Sequence record: PQ464595.1
DNA: 64,000 nucleotides
Strand: one strand, 5' to 3'
Positions 28,568 through 39,070 of the stretch are shown here, one piece after another (position 1 is the stretch's first letter; the number at the start of each line of letters is the position of its first letter). A program made the position numbers and the translations under genes. The notes beneath the pieces were generated by a model, which was given only the letters and a program-made list of their open reading frames with translations, was not told the DNA's origin and ran no database searches.

Positions 28568-28891
28568 TTACTTCTGTTCGTCTTTCAGCTTACCTTCTTC
28601 GAATTCAGCATCAGCTTCTTTCGTTGGTTCAGCGGTTGCTGCGTCGCGTTTGGCGGATTCAACATCGAACAGAATGTCGAGTTCAACTTCTTTGTACTCA
28701 TAGTACGCAGTGTACGCCAGGTACGCGATGAACATAAGTACTAACCCCAGCCATGACGCCCACAGCAGGCCAGACAGAGCGAGTGCGATGTACAGCGGTG
28801 AACATTCAATGAACTGTTTGAATTCATTCTTTACTTCAACCAGTACACGCTTACCTACCAGTACTACTACATCTTGTGTGTTCTCGTCCAT
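28568..28891 (-). CDS. membrane protein
   Basis: GAGG RBS, central hydrophobic helices. Confidence 0.7.
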   Translation of the reverse strand: MDENTQDVVVLVGKRVLVEVKNEFKQFIECSPLYIALALSGLLWASWLGLVLMFIAYLAYTAYYEYKEVELDILFDVESAKRDAATAEPTKEADAEFEEGKLKDEQK

Positions 28892-28933
28892 CGTTGTTTC
28901 CTCTCGTTTAGTTGATATACGTAGTATACGGAA

Positions 28934-29332
28934 TTACTCAGAGTCCGTCAAGGACTTTTTACGGGCTTTTTCTTCGCGGCGAGCGATGCTAGTATTGCGT
29001 AATTTGGTCAATCCTTTAATCAGTATTGCGAAGCCTACCATAAACACAATGAATGCGATTACCAGAACGCCAAATAAGTTCGCCATGAGGCCGAAGAATA
29101 CTGGATCAAATGGAATAGTCATTAATTTACAGAAGCAACCAATTACAGTTAGCAGTACCAATGGACCAGATGATTCAATTGGTACATAACGACCATAGAA
29201 ATCAAAAAGTTTATTCATTGCGTCACTGACTTTATCAAAACCGAATGACCAATCAACAACGAACAACACAAATACACCAATCCAGAACCACTGATATACA
29301 TCAGCAATGTTTACAAGAATAGGGTTAATCAT
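28934..29332 (-). CDS. membrane protein
   Basis: Three hydrophobic segments. Confidence 0.7.
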   Translation of the reverse strand: MINPILVNIADVYQWFWIGVFVLFVVDWSFGFDKVSDAMNKLFDFYGRYVPIESSGPLVLLTVIGCFCKLMTIPFDPVFFGLMANLFGVLVIAFIVFMVGFAILIKGLTKLRNTSIARREEKARKKSLTDSE

Positions 29333-29682
29333 TAGTTCTTACCTCGTTTTTCAAGACACCAATCCCTGATACATGATAGGAATGACAGGAATAAAATTAT
29401 AGCAACAATCAGTACTACTACACATAGCCACAGTGTCCAGATAGCATAGAAGAATGCTACTGGTGGAGCTACAGCACCCCATAGTACGAATGGGATAGTC
29501 AAGACTACTGACACTACTATATGTGTGATACAAACACCTACAGCATCATCAGTATCAAAGAATGTTTCTTCCAAGAAGTCATATAGATCAGTTCCTAGAG
29601 TCCACAGTACTAACACGATGCCAGCCATTACCATAATGATATATGACGGCACAGGTGCGTAAGTCATAAAGAAGTTGTACAT
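29332..29682 (-). CDS. 3-TM paralog family member
   Basis: GTDLY motif, C-terminal WCLEKRGK. Confidence 0.75.
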   Translation of the reverse strand: MYNFFMTYAPVPSYIIMVMAGIVLVLWTLGTDLYDFLEETFFDTDDAVGVCITHIVVSVVLTIPFVLWGAVAPPVAFFYAIWTLWLCVVVLIVAIILFLSFLSCIRDWCLEKRGKN

Positions 29683-30026
29683 TAGATTTTACCTCGCTTT
29701 TCTAAGCACCAAATGTTGAATGAATGTAGTACATTCGTTACTAAGCGAACACCATACACAAACAGTAATAGTGAACACCAGATGTTCCACGCAGCCCAAC
29801 CATAGATGATATATTCAGTGAAGATAAAGCCAAAGGCGTTAATCACTAATGACCACCAGAAGTACACTTTCATGAAGTCCAGTGAGTTCCACCATAACTT
29901 CTTGAAACGATCATACCAGTCTGTACCGAACAGCCACATCATGTATACTAACAGTGTCAGTACTACATAGATTGCTGATGGTACATAAATGTATGGTTCT
30001 ACGAATAACCAAATATTATGAATCAT
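29682..30026 (-). CDS. 3-TM paralog family member
   Basis: GTDWY motif, WCLEKRGK. Confidence 0.75.
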   Translation of the reverse strand: MIHNIWLFVEPYIYVPSAIYVVLTLLVYMMWLFGTDWYDRFKKLWWNSLDFMKVYFWWSLVINAFGFIFTEYIIYGWAAWNIWCSLLLFVYGVRLVTNVLHSFNIWCLEKRGKI

Positions 30027-30358
30027 ACACGTCCTCGTTTATTTGCGAAGTACTGACGAAGATCAATAATCTTATTACATACAAATACTGCTACAACGAT
30101 AAAAATTAAACAACATATGTATGAAAAGTTTACGTATGGAGCATTGCCAATACCATTGAATGATAGACCAATAACAATCGAGGCAATACTGATTGCTAAT
30201 GAGAACATCATGTGCATGAATAATGGTAAACCATCTTGATAGTCATTAAGTTTATAATAATAGTCAGCACAGGTTAACCAACCAATACCAATTACTATCA
30301 ATGACGATACATTCATGAACAGGCAGATAAGTTCTAGTACTTCAAAGAAGTTTGTCAT
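30023..30358 (-). CDS. 3-TM paralog family member
   Basis: ADYYYKL, YFANKRGR. Confidence 0.75.
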   Translation of the reverse strand: MTNFFEVLELICLFMNVSSLIVIGIGWLTCADYYYKLNDYQDGLPLFMHMMFSLAISIASIVIGLSFNGIGNAPYVNFSYICCLIFIVVAVFVCNKIIDLRQYFANKRGRV

Positions 30359-30406
30359 TTCGTTATCTCGGTTAACAAAGAACTCCCTTGCGGGAGTTCT
30401 TATAGA

Positions 30407-31186
30407 TTATTTTACTTCTTCCAGGTACTGACTACGCTCGTAGATCCAGTCCATGTAGTGAAGCAGATGGCTACGCTTACGCAGCGTTGGATTGGTGCGG
30501 ATTTCGTGAATCGCTTCATCCCAAGTAATGGTTGTGCGGTTCAGTTCAGTCAGAACATCACGACAGTAACGTTGACCAGCATCACATGCTCCAGCACGGT
30601 TTAACGCACGAGCACTGATAGTACGGTTCTTGAAGTCACGCCCGATTTTACGGAATTCTTCAGTAGTCAGGTAACGGAGGTTACGAGTAACATCGGTTCG
30701 TGACTTCAGTACTGCCAGCCCTTCATCAGTAAACATGAAGTGACGGATCGCAGGATTGCGAGAACTGATCAGAATTTCGTTGAATTCACGCCAATCCAGC
30801 AATTTGATAGCATCCAGTACTGGAATGGAATCTTGCGTACAGGCGATTTGTGAACCGAAACGACGAGCATTGCGGTTGTTGCTCAGGATTTCGTTAATCA
30901 CATGGTACGGCATTTGAACAGTATCAAGTACGTTCCAGCCATCCTGATAGTACGCATTTTCCAGGATTTCAAGCCACTGTTCAGTATTCAGATTAGTTGG
31001 CGTAGCACGGTTGTTTTTGATCAGCGATTTGATGATCGGTTTTGACATTTTGAACAGGTAAGTGTTCAGGATCTCAGTGTCTACACCTTCAAGATCACAG
31101 ATACGAATGGATTTCCATTGTACGTGCGGCAGCAATGCTTTGTCCAGAGTCTGAAGTGTTGCGTCTTCAATTTGAAGTTTAATCAT
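30407..31186 (-). CDS. helical-repeat protein with C-terminal C..G...W.E domain
   Basis: LNRAGACDAG...ITWDEA. Confidence 0.75.
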   Translation of the reverse strand: MIKLQIEDATLQTLDKALLPHVQWKSIRICDLEGVDTEILNTYLFKMSKPIIKSLIKNNRATPTNLNTEQWLEILENAYYQDGWNVLDTVQMPYHVINEILSNNRNARRFGSQIACTQDSIPVLDAIKLLDWREFNEILISSRNPAIRHFMFTDEGLAVLKSRTDVTRNLRYLTTEEFRKIGRDFKNRTISARALNRAGACDAGQRYCRDVLTELNRTTITWDEAIHEIRTNPTLRKRSHLLHYMDWIYERSQYLEEVK

Positions 31187-31213
31187 TTTTCACTACCCTT
31201 ACGAAGTTAAAGT

Positions 31214-31552
31214 TTAACGACCACGTTTAGACCAGAAATATTTCCTGGATTGTTCGAACCATTCAAACAGATTAGCACCGATAAACAGTACTAATACTAT
31301 CATGTTTACTGTACCTACAATACCAAATGAAAAGTTGTGTGTCCATTCAGCACTGCGAGTTTGTGTGACTGAAGCCAATACCTGAATAAAGCACCAGAAG
31401 AACCACACAATCGCATTACAGACTGCTAGTATTCCGACGAAATCTTGATTCAGTTTAAAGTAATAGTTAGCACCTGTCCAGTACCCTACTAGGGCAACAA
31501 TCAAGAATGCTAGTACTACGAATGACAGTACTACACAGATTTCAATGAACAT
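31214..31552 (-). CDS. 3-TM paralog family member
   Basis: ANYYFKL, YFWSKRGR. Confidence 0.75.
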   Translation of the reverse strand: MFIEICVVLSFVVLAFLIVALVGYWTGANYYFKLNQDFVGILAVCNAIVWFFWCFIQVLASVTQTRSAEWTHNFSFGIVGTVNMIVLVLFIGANLFEWFEQSRKYFWSKRGR

Positions 31553-31890
31553 TATAGTTTACCCCGCTTTTTGCCGAAGTATTCTTTCAGTTCACAGAAC
31601 CCATAATATAATCCAAATCCAATACCTATTGCGTATATGAATAGGGATAAACCAGTGCACCAGCCTAAGCCATAACGAAAGCCTTTGTAAATGCTTTGTT
31701 CGACTAAAGCCACCAACATAAAGTTCGCCAAGAAACAACCAGCTTGAACGCCGATGATCATGTTAAACATTTGCCGCGTGTCGTGTGCCAGTTTAGTATA
31801 ATAGTCGGCGTATGTCAAGTTCCCGACAAAATAAATTAGTGTGATTCCAATCCACAAAATGAAATTAAGTGGGGCTAACAGATCATACAT
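31552..31890 (-). CDS. 3-TM paralog family member
   Basis: ADYYTKL, YFGKKRGK. Confidence 0.75.
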   Translation of the reverse strand: MYDLLAPLNFILWIGITLIYFVGNLTYADYYTKLAHDTRQMFNMIIGVQAGCFLANFMLVALVEQSIYKGFRYGLGWCTGLSLFIYAIGIGFGLYYGFCELKEYFGKKRGKL

Positions 31891-31892
31891 AG

Positions 31893-32225
31893 TTACACCT
31901 TATTCCGCTTACGTCCGAAGTACTGACGAATGCCACCAGAATGACGCACGAACAGTACTACAGCACCGATTGATAGTATCCATGAACATAGGCAACTAAT
32001 GCCAGTGTACATATCCCAGGGACTTACTTTTTTAACAGCATCTGGCAACGCAGCAGCGAATATCACAAAGGATATTAACGCTGTTACTATTGAAAGGATT
32101 TTGTAATCCATCATGAATTCATCTGAGAACTTGTCATAGTAATCAGCATATGTCAAGTAACCAACGTACAGTACTACGAGGGATACGAGCCATAGATTTG
32201 TCACAATTAAACCATAGACTTCCAT
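31893..32225 (-). CDS. 3-TM paralog family member
   Basis: ADYYDKF, YFGRKRNK. Confidence 0.75.
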   Translation of the reverse strand: MEVYGLIVTNLWLVSLVVLYVGYLTYADYYDKFSDEFMMDYKILSIVTALISFVIFAAALPDAVKKVSPWDMYTGISCLCSWILSIGAVVLFVRHSGGIRQYFGRKRNKV

Positions 32226-32234
32226 AGAATCTCC

Positions 32235-33023
32235 TTATGATTCTAAGCAGACTTTCTCTGCATGTTTTTCCCACTTACTAGGGAACTGAGTATATAAACC
32301 AGCCAACTGTACTGGCATACGCAACGATGGCATACGAAGTTTATCACAGTTATCAAGCATAAAGTTTAGAATATCATCAGCACCTTTCTGATCAATACCA
32401 AGACCTTTCACGATGTTCGTAGTACGCATGATGTTCTCAATGTGAATCATAACACTTTCATTGTCATGGATTTCCAGGTCAATGAACGCACCACGAGTCA
32501 TAAGAGCACATACATGTGGAGCTAATGAACTACGGCCTTTAGAAATCTTAACCAGATCTTTGTTCGTAATGAATACTACTTTACCATTGAACTCGAACTG
32601 AGTAGGAATTCCATTATCACGAAGTACCTGAGAAGAACTCATGTAAGTAATGATACGCTTGTCATCTGATTCCAGTGATGCTTTCAGAAGGTTCAGTTTG
32701 TCTTCGGTATCGAATACATCAACGTCATCCATCAGCAGTACTGAACCCAAATGACGAGCATTATACAACGCCTGGTATAAACCTAAACCAGTACATTTAC
32801 CATTAAGGTAAAAGTAGTTACAAAAACCAGTATCGTGTGCTTCTTCTAAACGCTTAATGACATTGTAAGATTTACCAATACCACTAGCACCTGTCACGGT
32901 CATAGCCTTGATAGGGTTGAACGGATTCAGGATACATTCTACCATATCCATCATTGCGTCGAAGTTATCTGCGATACGTAATTTCAGTTTTTCACGATGT
33001 AATGACATATTGACCTCTCTCAC
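32235..33023 (-). CDS. P-loop/AAA+ ATPase
   Basis: Walker A GASGIGKS, Walker B LLMDD, FITN sensor. Confidence 0.85.
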   Translation of the reverse strand: MREVNMSLHREKLKLRIADNFDAMMDMVECILNPFNPIKAMTVTGASGIGKSYNVIKRLEEAHDTGFCNYFYLNGKCTGLGLYQALYNARHLGSVLLMDDVDVFDTEDKLNLLKASLESDDKRIITYMSSSQVLRDNGIPTQFEFNGKVVFITNKDLVKISKGRSSLAPHVCALMTRGAFIDLEIHDNESVMIHIENIMRTTNIVKGLGIDQKGADDILNFMLDNCDKLRMPSLRMPVQLAGLYTQFPSKWEKHAEKVCLES

Positions 33024-33103
33024 TTAACGGGAATAATTGTATCATCCTGGTAAGCCTACGTCAAGCCAAAAACGAAAAAAGGGAGCCGAAGCTCCCTTTT
33101 CTT

Positions 33104-34102
33104 TTAAGCGATCATTGCCTTGACCGCTTTCACAATCTTCTGCCAGAATGACAGTTCAGCAGGAATCAGAACCATATGTTGTTCATGAACCTTCTGTTGC
33201 ATCTCTGCGGCCTGACGTTCAGTACTGGCAATGTTCTGCTTACGAATAGCATCACGGCGTTCAGCAGCAGCGTTTTTACCTAAATCGAATACTGCTGATT
33301 GAATCTTATTATGAACCAGATTCAGGAAATCATCAGCAGTCATTTTCTTTTTGTTGTACGTCTTGTACACTGAGAAGTTGACTTTCGGATTCTCAATGCG
33401 GAACTTATGTTCACGTTCAATACGACGCACAACCAGTTCATTCATCAAGTCATTCCACGCATCGGTATTATAACGTGTCAGCAATAAATCACTGGTGTAG
33501 TTATATACGTTTTGTGAATCCTTTGAATTGCGAACGAACTTACCTTGTTTCATATACATCTCTACAAGATGTTTACGAAGTGCTGGTGGAAATACTGAAC
33601 CTTTCGCTAAATGCTCCAGGTCTTTCATTGATCCAATATTCTTATTGAACTCAATGTAACAGAAGTTTTGTACCAGCGAACGTGCGGCATTGTACGGGTT
33701 ACGACCAAATGATAATTGTTCATGGAACCACGTTTTAAACTCCGAATACTCCGCGAACAAATTACCACGAGTACTGTTACAGCGTTCACACAACAAATGC
33801 TGATTTTCCAGAGTGTCTGGACCTGCCAGTGATTTCAGGGTATCATGATCCATAGTCATGGCAGTTGGTTTCTTCTTATACAACTGAGAAGATACTAGTA
33901 CTAAACCATGCTGTTCATGAATGGTGAAGTACAGTTTATCATCACCGCAACAATCACATTTCAATCCATCGCGTTTAGCAATGTTGATCAGCATTAAGTT
34001 TCCGCTAGTGATTTTGATTTGTGAACGAACTGCTTCAGTGTTATCCAGGACGTACTGAGCTTTTACTTTCACGTTATTCATGCTATCTGCTAATGCTTTC
34101 AT
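33104..34102 (-). CDS. HNH endonuclease domain protein
   Basis: CDCC...MDHD..KSLAG...N..LLCERCN. Confidence 0.75.
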   Translation of the reverse strand: MKALADSMNNVKVKAQYVLDNTEAVRSQIKITSGNLMLINIAKRDGLKCDCCGDDKLYFTIHEQHGLVLVSSQLYKKKPTAMTMDHDTLKSLAGPDTLENQHLLCERCNSTRGNLFAEYSEFKTWFHEQLSFGRNPYNAARSLVQNFCYIEFNKNIGSMKDLEHLAKGSVFPPALRKHLVEMYMKQGKFVRNSKDSQNVYNYTSDLLLTRYNTDAWNDLMNELVVRRIEREHKFRIENPKVNFSVYKTYNKKKMTADDFLNLVHNKIQSAVFDLGKNAAAERRDAIRKQNIASTERQAAEMQQKVHEQHMVLIPAELSFWQKIVKAVKAMIA

Positions 34103-34193
34103 ATCAGTTCTCTCTTAAAATTTACAGGGAGTCTTTCGTTTCAGTACAGATATAATAGCAAAAGGCTCGCCGGATGGCAAGCCCTTTTTGTGT

Positions 34194-34538
34194 TTACTGT
34201 GGAGTGATTGATTTGCGGTACTTGATCAGTGCCTGAACGATAGCAACCAGAACAAACACGATGCCTAAAATCGAACCACCAAATATAAATGTAAATCCTA
34301 ATGGTGATAATTCTTTAGAAGGTACATCAACTATTGCTTGAGCAACTAGCATAACTACGGCTACTAACCAAAAGAAAACAGAACAAAACAGAGCGTCTCC
34401 ATCAGTTGTGAAGTACTTATTAGCTAATGTTTCTTTCTTGAAATAAATCAGTATCCATCCAATTGATACATATAAAATACCAAATGAAGCAATGAATGGT
34501 GATACTAAGTTACTAAAATGTATTATGTTTTGAAGCAT
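34194..34538 (-). CDS. membrane protein
   Basis: Three hydrophobic helices. Confidence 0.7.
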   Translation of the reverse strand: MLQNIIHFSNLVSPFIASFGILYVSIGWILIYFKKETLANKYFTTDGDALFCSVFFWLVAVVMLVAQAIVDVPSKELSPLGFTFIFGGSILGIVFVLVAIVQALIKYRKSITPQ

Positions 34539-34777
34539 TACGATTCCTCCCCAAATGGAGAACGCAGGTTACGGTTACGCTCACAACGCAGTTTAATACA
34601 TGCGTGAGCAACATTTGAACTGACTTCAGTGAACAGGTATTCAGCAATTTCAGAACGAGAATAACCCTTAGCAAAAAGGGTATTGAATGTGTCCTGTACT
34701 GTTTTAGAGAAAGCCCTTGATACTTCTTCGTTAAGTAATGGACCATTCGGTAGAAGGTCTTTGTTATGGTCTTCCAT
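34538..34777 (-). CDS. hypothetical protein
   Basis: GAGG RBS. Confidence 0.65.
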   Translation of the reverse strand: MEDHNKDLLPNGPLLNEEVSRAFSKTVQDTFNTLFAKGYSRSEIAEYLFTEVSSNVAHACIKLRCERNRNLRSPFGEES

Positions 34778-34828
34778 AGTACTATCCTCTTTAAAAAAGA
34801 AAAGCCCAACGATGTTGGGCTTTATTTG

Positions 34829-35215
34829 TTACTGAACCAGGTCAGGATGATTTTTGCGAATACTCGCCACGATTTGGTCAATCGGTGCGACGAACTGTTT
34901 ACCACCTTTACGCAGAACCATGTTCGTTTGTTTCATGCCGATCAGTTCGAAGTTATCATTAGCGTAGGTAATTACCGCACCGCATACTTCTTCTTTCAGA
35001 CCATACATTGGAGCGTGTGAACGGAGTTTAGCCATCTCTTTCGAGTCGCCGCCAGCGAATACTGCGGAGAGTTTCATTTCGAAACCGTTATCCGTGAAAG
35101 TACAACGTCCACGTTCCAGTTTATCCAGACCATGTTTCGCAGCAATTTGTGCCAGAGCTTCATTCAGATCGATGGTGACTGCGGCGATTTTGGCACGGAT
35201 TTCTTGGTTGCTCAT
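34829..35215 (-). CDS. hypothetical protein
   Basis: GAGG RBS, own promoter. Confidence 0.75.
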   Translation of the reverse strand: MSNQEIRAKIAAVTIDLNEALAQIAAKHGLDKLERGRCTFTDNGFEMKLSAVFAGGDSKEMAKLRSHAPMYGLKEEVCGAVITYANDNFELIGMKQTNMVLRKGGKQFVAPIDQIVASIRKNHPDLVQ

Positions 35216-35282
35216 GATATAACCTCGTTCAGTTAAGATAGTGCTATCTTACACGATAGCTCAGGGTTCGTCAATGAATATT

Positions 35283-35717
35283 TTAAAGTAAATCCAAATA
35301 GTAAGAAGGTAAATCAGTACTGGTATACTTATACCAGGTTGGTTTCATGATAAGTTTCTCAATAATACGAGCACGAGATAATTCAATCTCAGATTCAGTA
35401 GGATTGTAATCATTACAGAATTCACGTGGCAAATCACTAATGCTGTTAATAGCAGTATTGGTAATTTTGATACCACGCCTTAAGCATTCTGTAACTAGAT
35501 CTTCATGACGTTGTTTAAGATACAACAGTTTATCATAAAAGAATGTAACATGACCAGTACCTAACAAATAAGTACTATTGATCTTAAAAGAACTTTTACT
35601 TTTACCTTCCTGAACGTGTTTACGTACAGCACCAAAGACACGTGGCAATTCACGGTACTCAGCCATCAGATGTTGGTCAGCAAGTTCAGTAACAGGGATC
35701 AGATTAATACGGGTCAT
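35283..35717 (-). CDS. denV: pyrimidine dimer DNA glycosylase / endonuclease V
   Basis: MTRINL...[29 protein letters not shown] match T4 DenV. Confidence 0.95.
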   Translation of the reverse strand: MTRINLIPVTELADQHLMAEYRELPRVFGAVRKHVQEGKSKSSFKINSTYLLGTGHVTFFYDKLLYLKQRHEDLVTECLRRGIKITNTAINSISDLPREFCNDYNPTESEIELSRARIIEKLIMKPTWYKYTSTDLPSYYLDLL

Positions 35718-35787
35718 TTGATTATTTTCACTTAATTTTCAGTACCAGTAGAATAGCAAAAGGGTTGACATGAGTCAACCCTTTTTT

Positions 35788-36027
35788 TTATTTTGATTCG
35801 ATGTGCGTTACTTTTTCAGGATAATAAATGTGGTCAGAACCATCTTCGCCTACAAAGAACCGATAGTTATTAAACCGGCCTTGCTCCCAGGTAATATTAC
35901 CTGTGAAGATTGAACCGTCATCAGTTTTAAACCTGAATGAATCATCATACTCTGGTTTAGAGTATAACGAATCACATGATGCTTGATCGCCGCCAAATTT
36001 TACCCATTTGATTTCTTCAGTACACAT
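35788..36027 (-). CDS. hypothetical protein
   Basis: GAGG RBS. Confidence 0.6.
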   Translation of the reverse strand: MCTEEIKWVKFGGDQASCDSLYSKPEYDDSFRFKTDDGSIFTGNITWEQGRFNNYRFFVGEDGSDHIYYPEKVTHIESK

Positions 36028-36041
36028 AATCGTTATACCTC

Positions 36042-36377
36042 TTAAACGTAAAGTGCGGTGATATTGTAAACCAGCTTATTATCTTTACTGATAAGTGCTT
36101 GTTCGCGTTGTTTTTCAAGATAATCACGAGCGAAAATAGCTAACGCGGTGGCAGTTTCTGAATCAACATAATTCAGATCAGTTTCTGAATCAGCAACATA
36201 ACAATGCGGTTTACCTGATACTGAAATAAGAACGCGAGTACCAGTACGGACATGTTGAATAAAATACGAGTCAGTACGACCATCACTATCAGATTTTACA
36301 GTGAAGTCCTGAGTATATTCAGTCAGCATTTTCAAAAACAGTTTCCCAGCTTCAAACTTTTCCATGATGATCTCCAA
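36042..36377 (-). CDS. hypothetical protein
   Basis: ORF after a terminator/promoter module. Confidence 0.7.
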   Translation of the reverse strand: MEIIMEKFEAGKLFLKMLTEYTQDFTVKSDSDGRTDSYFIQHVRTGTRVLISVSGKPHCYVADSETDLNYVDSETATALAIFARDYLEKQREQALISKDNKLVYNITALYV

Positions 36378-36439
36378 TTAATTTAACAGACCCCATAATA
36401 GCAAAAGGGCTGACTCTCGTCAACCCTTTTTTTTGAAAA

Positions 36440-36718
36440 TTATTGTCCAGTACGGAAAGCTTTATCATTACCTTGTGGGATTCCAGACGAAGCAATTACA
36501 CTGAATGCGTGAACTGGATTTTTATTGTCACCATTAGTATATACTTTAGCGTCATTACGATCAAGTACTACATTAGTTCTTCCATCACGGTCAGTGAATA
36601 CTCTATGATCACCAAAAGAAGCAGTTTTGTTAAAGTTAAAACCTTGTTTCTTTAGCATACTTCCAAGGTCAGCGACTGGCACAGATTGCCATTGTTTGAT
36701 TGCGTTTAAATCAGCCAT
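36440..36718 (-). CDS. hypothetical protein
   Basis: AAGGA RBS. Confidence 0.65.
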   Translation of the reverse strand: MADLNAIKQWQSVPVADLGSMLKKQGFNFNKTASFGDHRVFTDRDGRTNVVLDRNDAKVYTNGDNKNPVHAFSVIASSGIPQGNDKAFRTGQ

Positions 36719-37054
36719 ACTATAATTCCTTTATTCTATGGTTATTATGGAATTATTTATTCTCTAAGCAAAGCTGAACTAAATCATGTACTGGTAAGGA
36801 TAAATCAAACGTGCCTACATTATCTGAACAAAAGCGAATGGCATTACCAATGTCAGTACCGTTCTGTTGTAACTTTTTAAGCTGCTGAATTATCATCTGG
36901 TAAATCACGTTTAGATCCTTTCGTAGTTGGTTCAATTAGACCATTAGCACAGTCAATGATGAACTGACGTTTTTCTTCTCTGCTTAAACCACTAGGCATT
37001 TCAAAGAAATCATCTTCTTCTGCTATGCGGTTCAATTCATTGAATGTTTCTTTG

Positions 37055-37321
37055 CTAAACATTTTTCAGTTTCCCAATAATATCATAGTACTCTAAATTA
37101 ATAAGGTACAATAAGTAATCAATGTATTTGATTTCATCATCATACCTGGAACGTACTTTGGCTTTTTCAGCTTCAGTCTTAGCATTCCGAAGTTCCTTAT
37201 TACGGGTCTTCTGTAGAAGTACTAACTTTTCTTTCTGCTGTTGAATAGTACTGTTAACCTCATGGCGTGTTTTCCATGAAGCCTTGTACTTATTCATTGC
37301 CGCTGTTACGCTCCGTTTCAT
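37055..37321 (-). CDS. hypothetical basic coiled-coil protein
   Basis: Coupled ORF. Confidence 0.6.
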   Translation of the reverse strand: MKRSVTAAMNKYKASWKTRHEVNSTIQQQKEKLVLLQKTRNKELRNAKTEAEKAKVRSRYDDEIKYIDYLLYLINLEYYDIIGKLKNV

Positions 37322-37505
37322 CGCATTTCACCTTAGATACGTATTTCATTTTATAATACAGGTTATCTAAACGCACAGTATATATAGTATCAGCTATAAG
37401 TGCGTCCACTTCCTGTTCTGTTTCAGCACGGATCTGAATAGGAATTTCTTCGTATATATCTTCACCGAACTTTAAACCTTTTAGAAGTACATTATATACT
37501 AACAT
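37290..37505 (-). CDS. hypothetical protein
   Basis: GAGG RBS. Confidence 0.55.
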   Translation of the reverse strand: MLVYNVLLKGLKFGEDIYEEIPIQIRAETEQEVDALIADTIYTVRLDNLYYKMKYVSKVKCDETERNSGNE

Positions 37506-37521
37506 GAAATGTTATCCTCTG

Positions 37522-37833
37522 TCAAGCAGATTCTTTTGCGAAATAGTTTTTAATTAGTACCACAAAATACCAATATGATCCTACCACAAGAGCGACGTTA
37601 ATACCAGCGTCCAATTCAATATTGTTCAGGAAAATCACGTTTATGAAGTTCACCAGACCAATACCAACTATAGTATATGATGCATAGCTATTTAGCTGCC
37701 ACTTCTTTCTAAACACTGAATCATCAAAATTCGTATTGAAGATCAATTGAACCAGATTACTTAGATTGGCATATAAGAATAGTGCTGCTGGAATTATGGC
37801 AATGATTAGAATTACGGATAGAATAAAATCCAT
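37522..37833 (-). CDS. membrane protein
   Basis: Hydrophobic helices. Confidence 0.65.
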   Translation of the reverse strand: MDFILSVILIIAIIPAALFLYANLSNLVQLIFNTNFDDSVFRKKWQLNSYASYTIVGIGLVNFINVIFLNNIELDAGINVALVVGSYWYFVVLIKNYFAKESA

Positions 37834-37879
37834 TTATATTTCCCTATAAAAAGGGATACCGAAGTATCCCTAAGTTTGA

Positions 37880-39070
37880 TTACATGAAACCTGAACCAGT
37901 CATGCCTTCGGTGGCACGTTCGTTCATAACTTCTGCGAGTGATTGATGTTCTGCGGTACATACTTCAACATCAAGACCCAGGAACTGGCGAACGTTGAAC
38001 TGCTGTTCTTGTTCGAGTTTAAGGAACTCCAAAGTTTTGAAACAACGTCCAGGACGAATCAAAGCACTGTCAATGTCTGCCAGATTCTTGATATTCGTAC
38101 TGATGATGATCTTAACATCAGGTGATGCTAGACCTTCGGCGGCGTTCAACAGTCCAGCCATAATATCATTACCTTCTTCACGTGAATAAAGATGACGATC
38201 CACATCTTCAAAGATGAAAATATCTTTGTGTTTAGATGTGTAGATATTATTAACTAGTTCAGGAGAGTTCATAACTCCTGGAGTGTCGATAACACTTATG
38301 GTACGTTCGTCTGCGAACCCAATTCCCTGTAACATACGTTTGATGAACGTAGTTTTACCAGTGCCGGGATCTCCGTACAGTACCAAAACATTTGGTGCTG
38401 CTGCCATAAACGCACGTGCGAAATCTTCTGGTGATTCATTGAACCACGGATACATGATATTCGCTGGCATGTTGATTTTTGGTGCGTTGAACAGGATACT
38501 ATTCTCTACCATGTTTCCACGGTTATCCATACTTAGACGAGTAAGGATAGGCGTATCATTGATGTTCTCACGTTTGCTAATAGCAGTTTTGAAATCATCT
38601 GCTAAAGCAATATCCAACATGAAGGTGAACCCGAAGGTCTTATCTGTACAGTAGTTGAATTCGATACAACCATGTACTTCGTTTTCACTATAGATAAGTT
38701 CTTGGAAACCCATACTGATAGCACCCAGGTTATGTTCTTCACAGAACTTCTGGATTACTTCTTTGTAGGTTTTCTTACCTTCTTTTTCGTTCTCACTGAC
38801 GTAATAGATAGTCTCACTATGTGAATTAATGAAACGACCAGCCAGTTTATAACGAACTACGTCGCGGAAACGCAGGTTATTTGAATACTCAAGAGATGCG
38901 TGAACAATGTCTTGTACTTGTTCACGTACAGATTGTGATAGATTAGTCATATCAGGTAATTCGATCCTCGGAACGGGGTTTAAATCAATTGCGGTGCGTT
39001 GATGCTGAGGGGTTTCAAGTTTAACCGTGATTCCCCTGTCAGCAAGATAGTTTCGTAGAAGGTTACTCAT
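37880..39070 (-). CDS. AAA+ family ATPase
   Basis: GDPGTGKT, FEDVD, ISTN, IDSALIRPGR second region of homology. Confidence 0.9.
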   Translation of the reverse strand: MSNLLRNYLADRGITVKLETPQHQRTAIDLNPVPRIELPDMTNLSQSVREQVQDIVHASLEYSNNLRFRDVVRYKLAGRFINSHSETIYYVSENEKEGKKTYKEVIQKFCEEHNLGAISMGFQELIYSENEVHGCIEFNYCTDKTFGFTFMLDIALADDFKTAISKRENINDTPILTRLSMDNRGNMVENSILFNAPKINMPANIMYPWFNESPEDFARAFMAAAPNVLVLYGDPGTGKTTFIKRMLQGIGFADERTISVIDTPGVMNSPELVNNIYTSKHKDIFIFEDVDRHLYSREEGNDIMAGLLNAAEGLASPDVKIIISTNIKNLADIDSALIRPGRCFKTLEFLKLEQEQQFNVRQFLGLDVEVCTAEHQSLAEVMNERATEGMTGSGFM

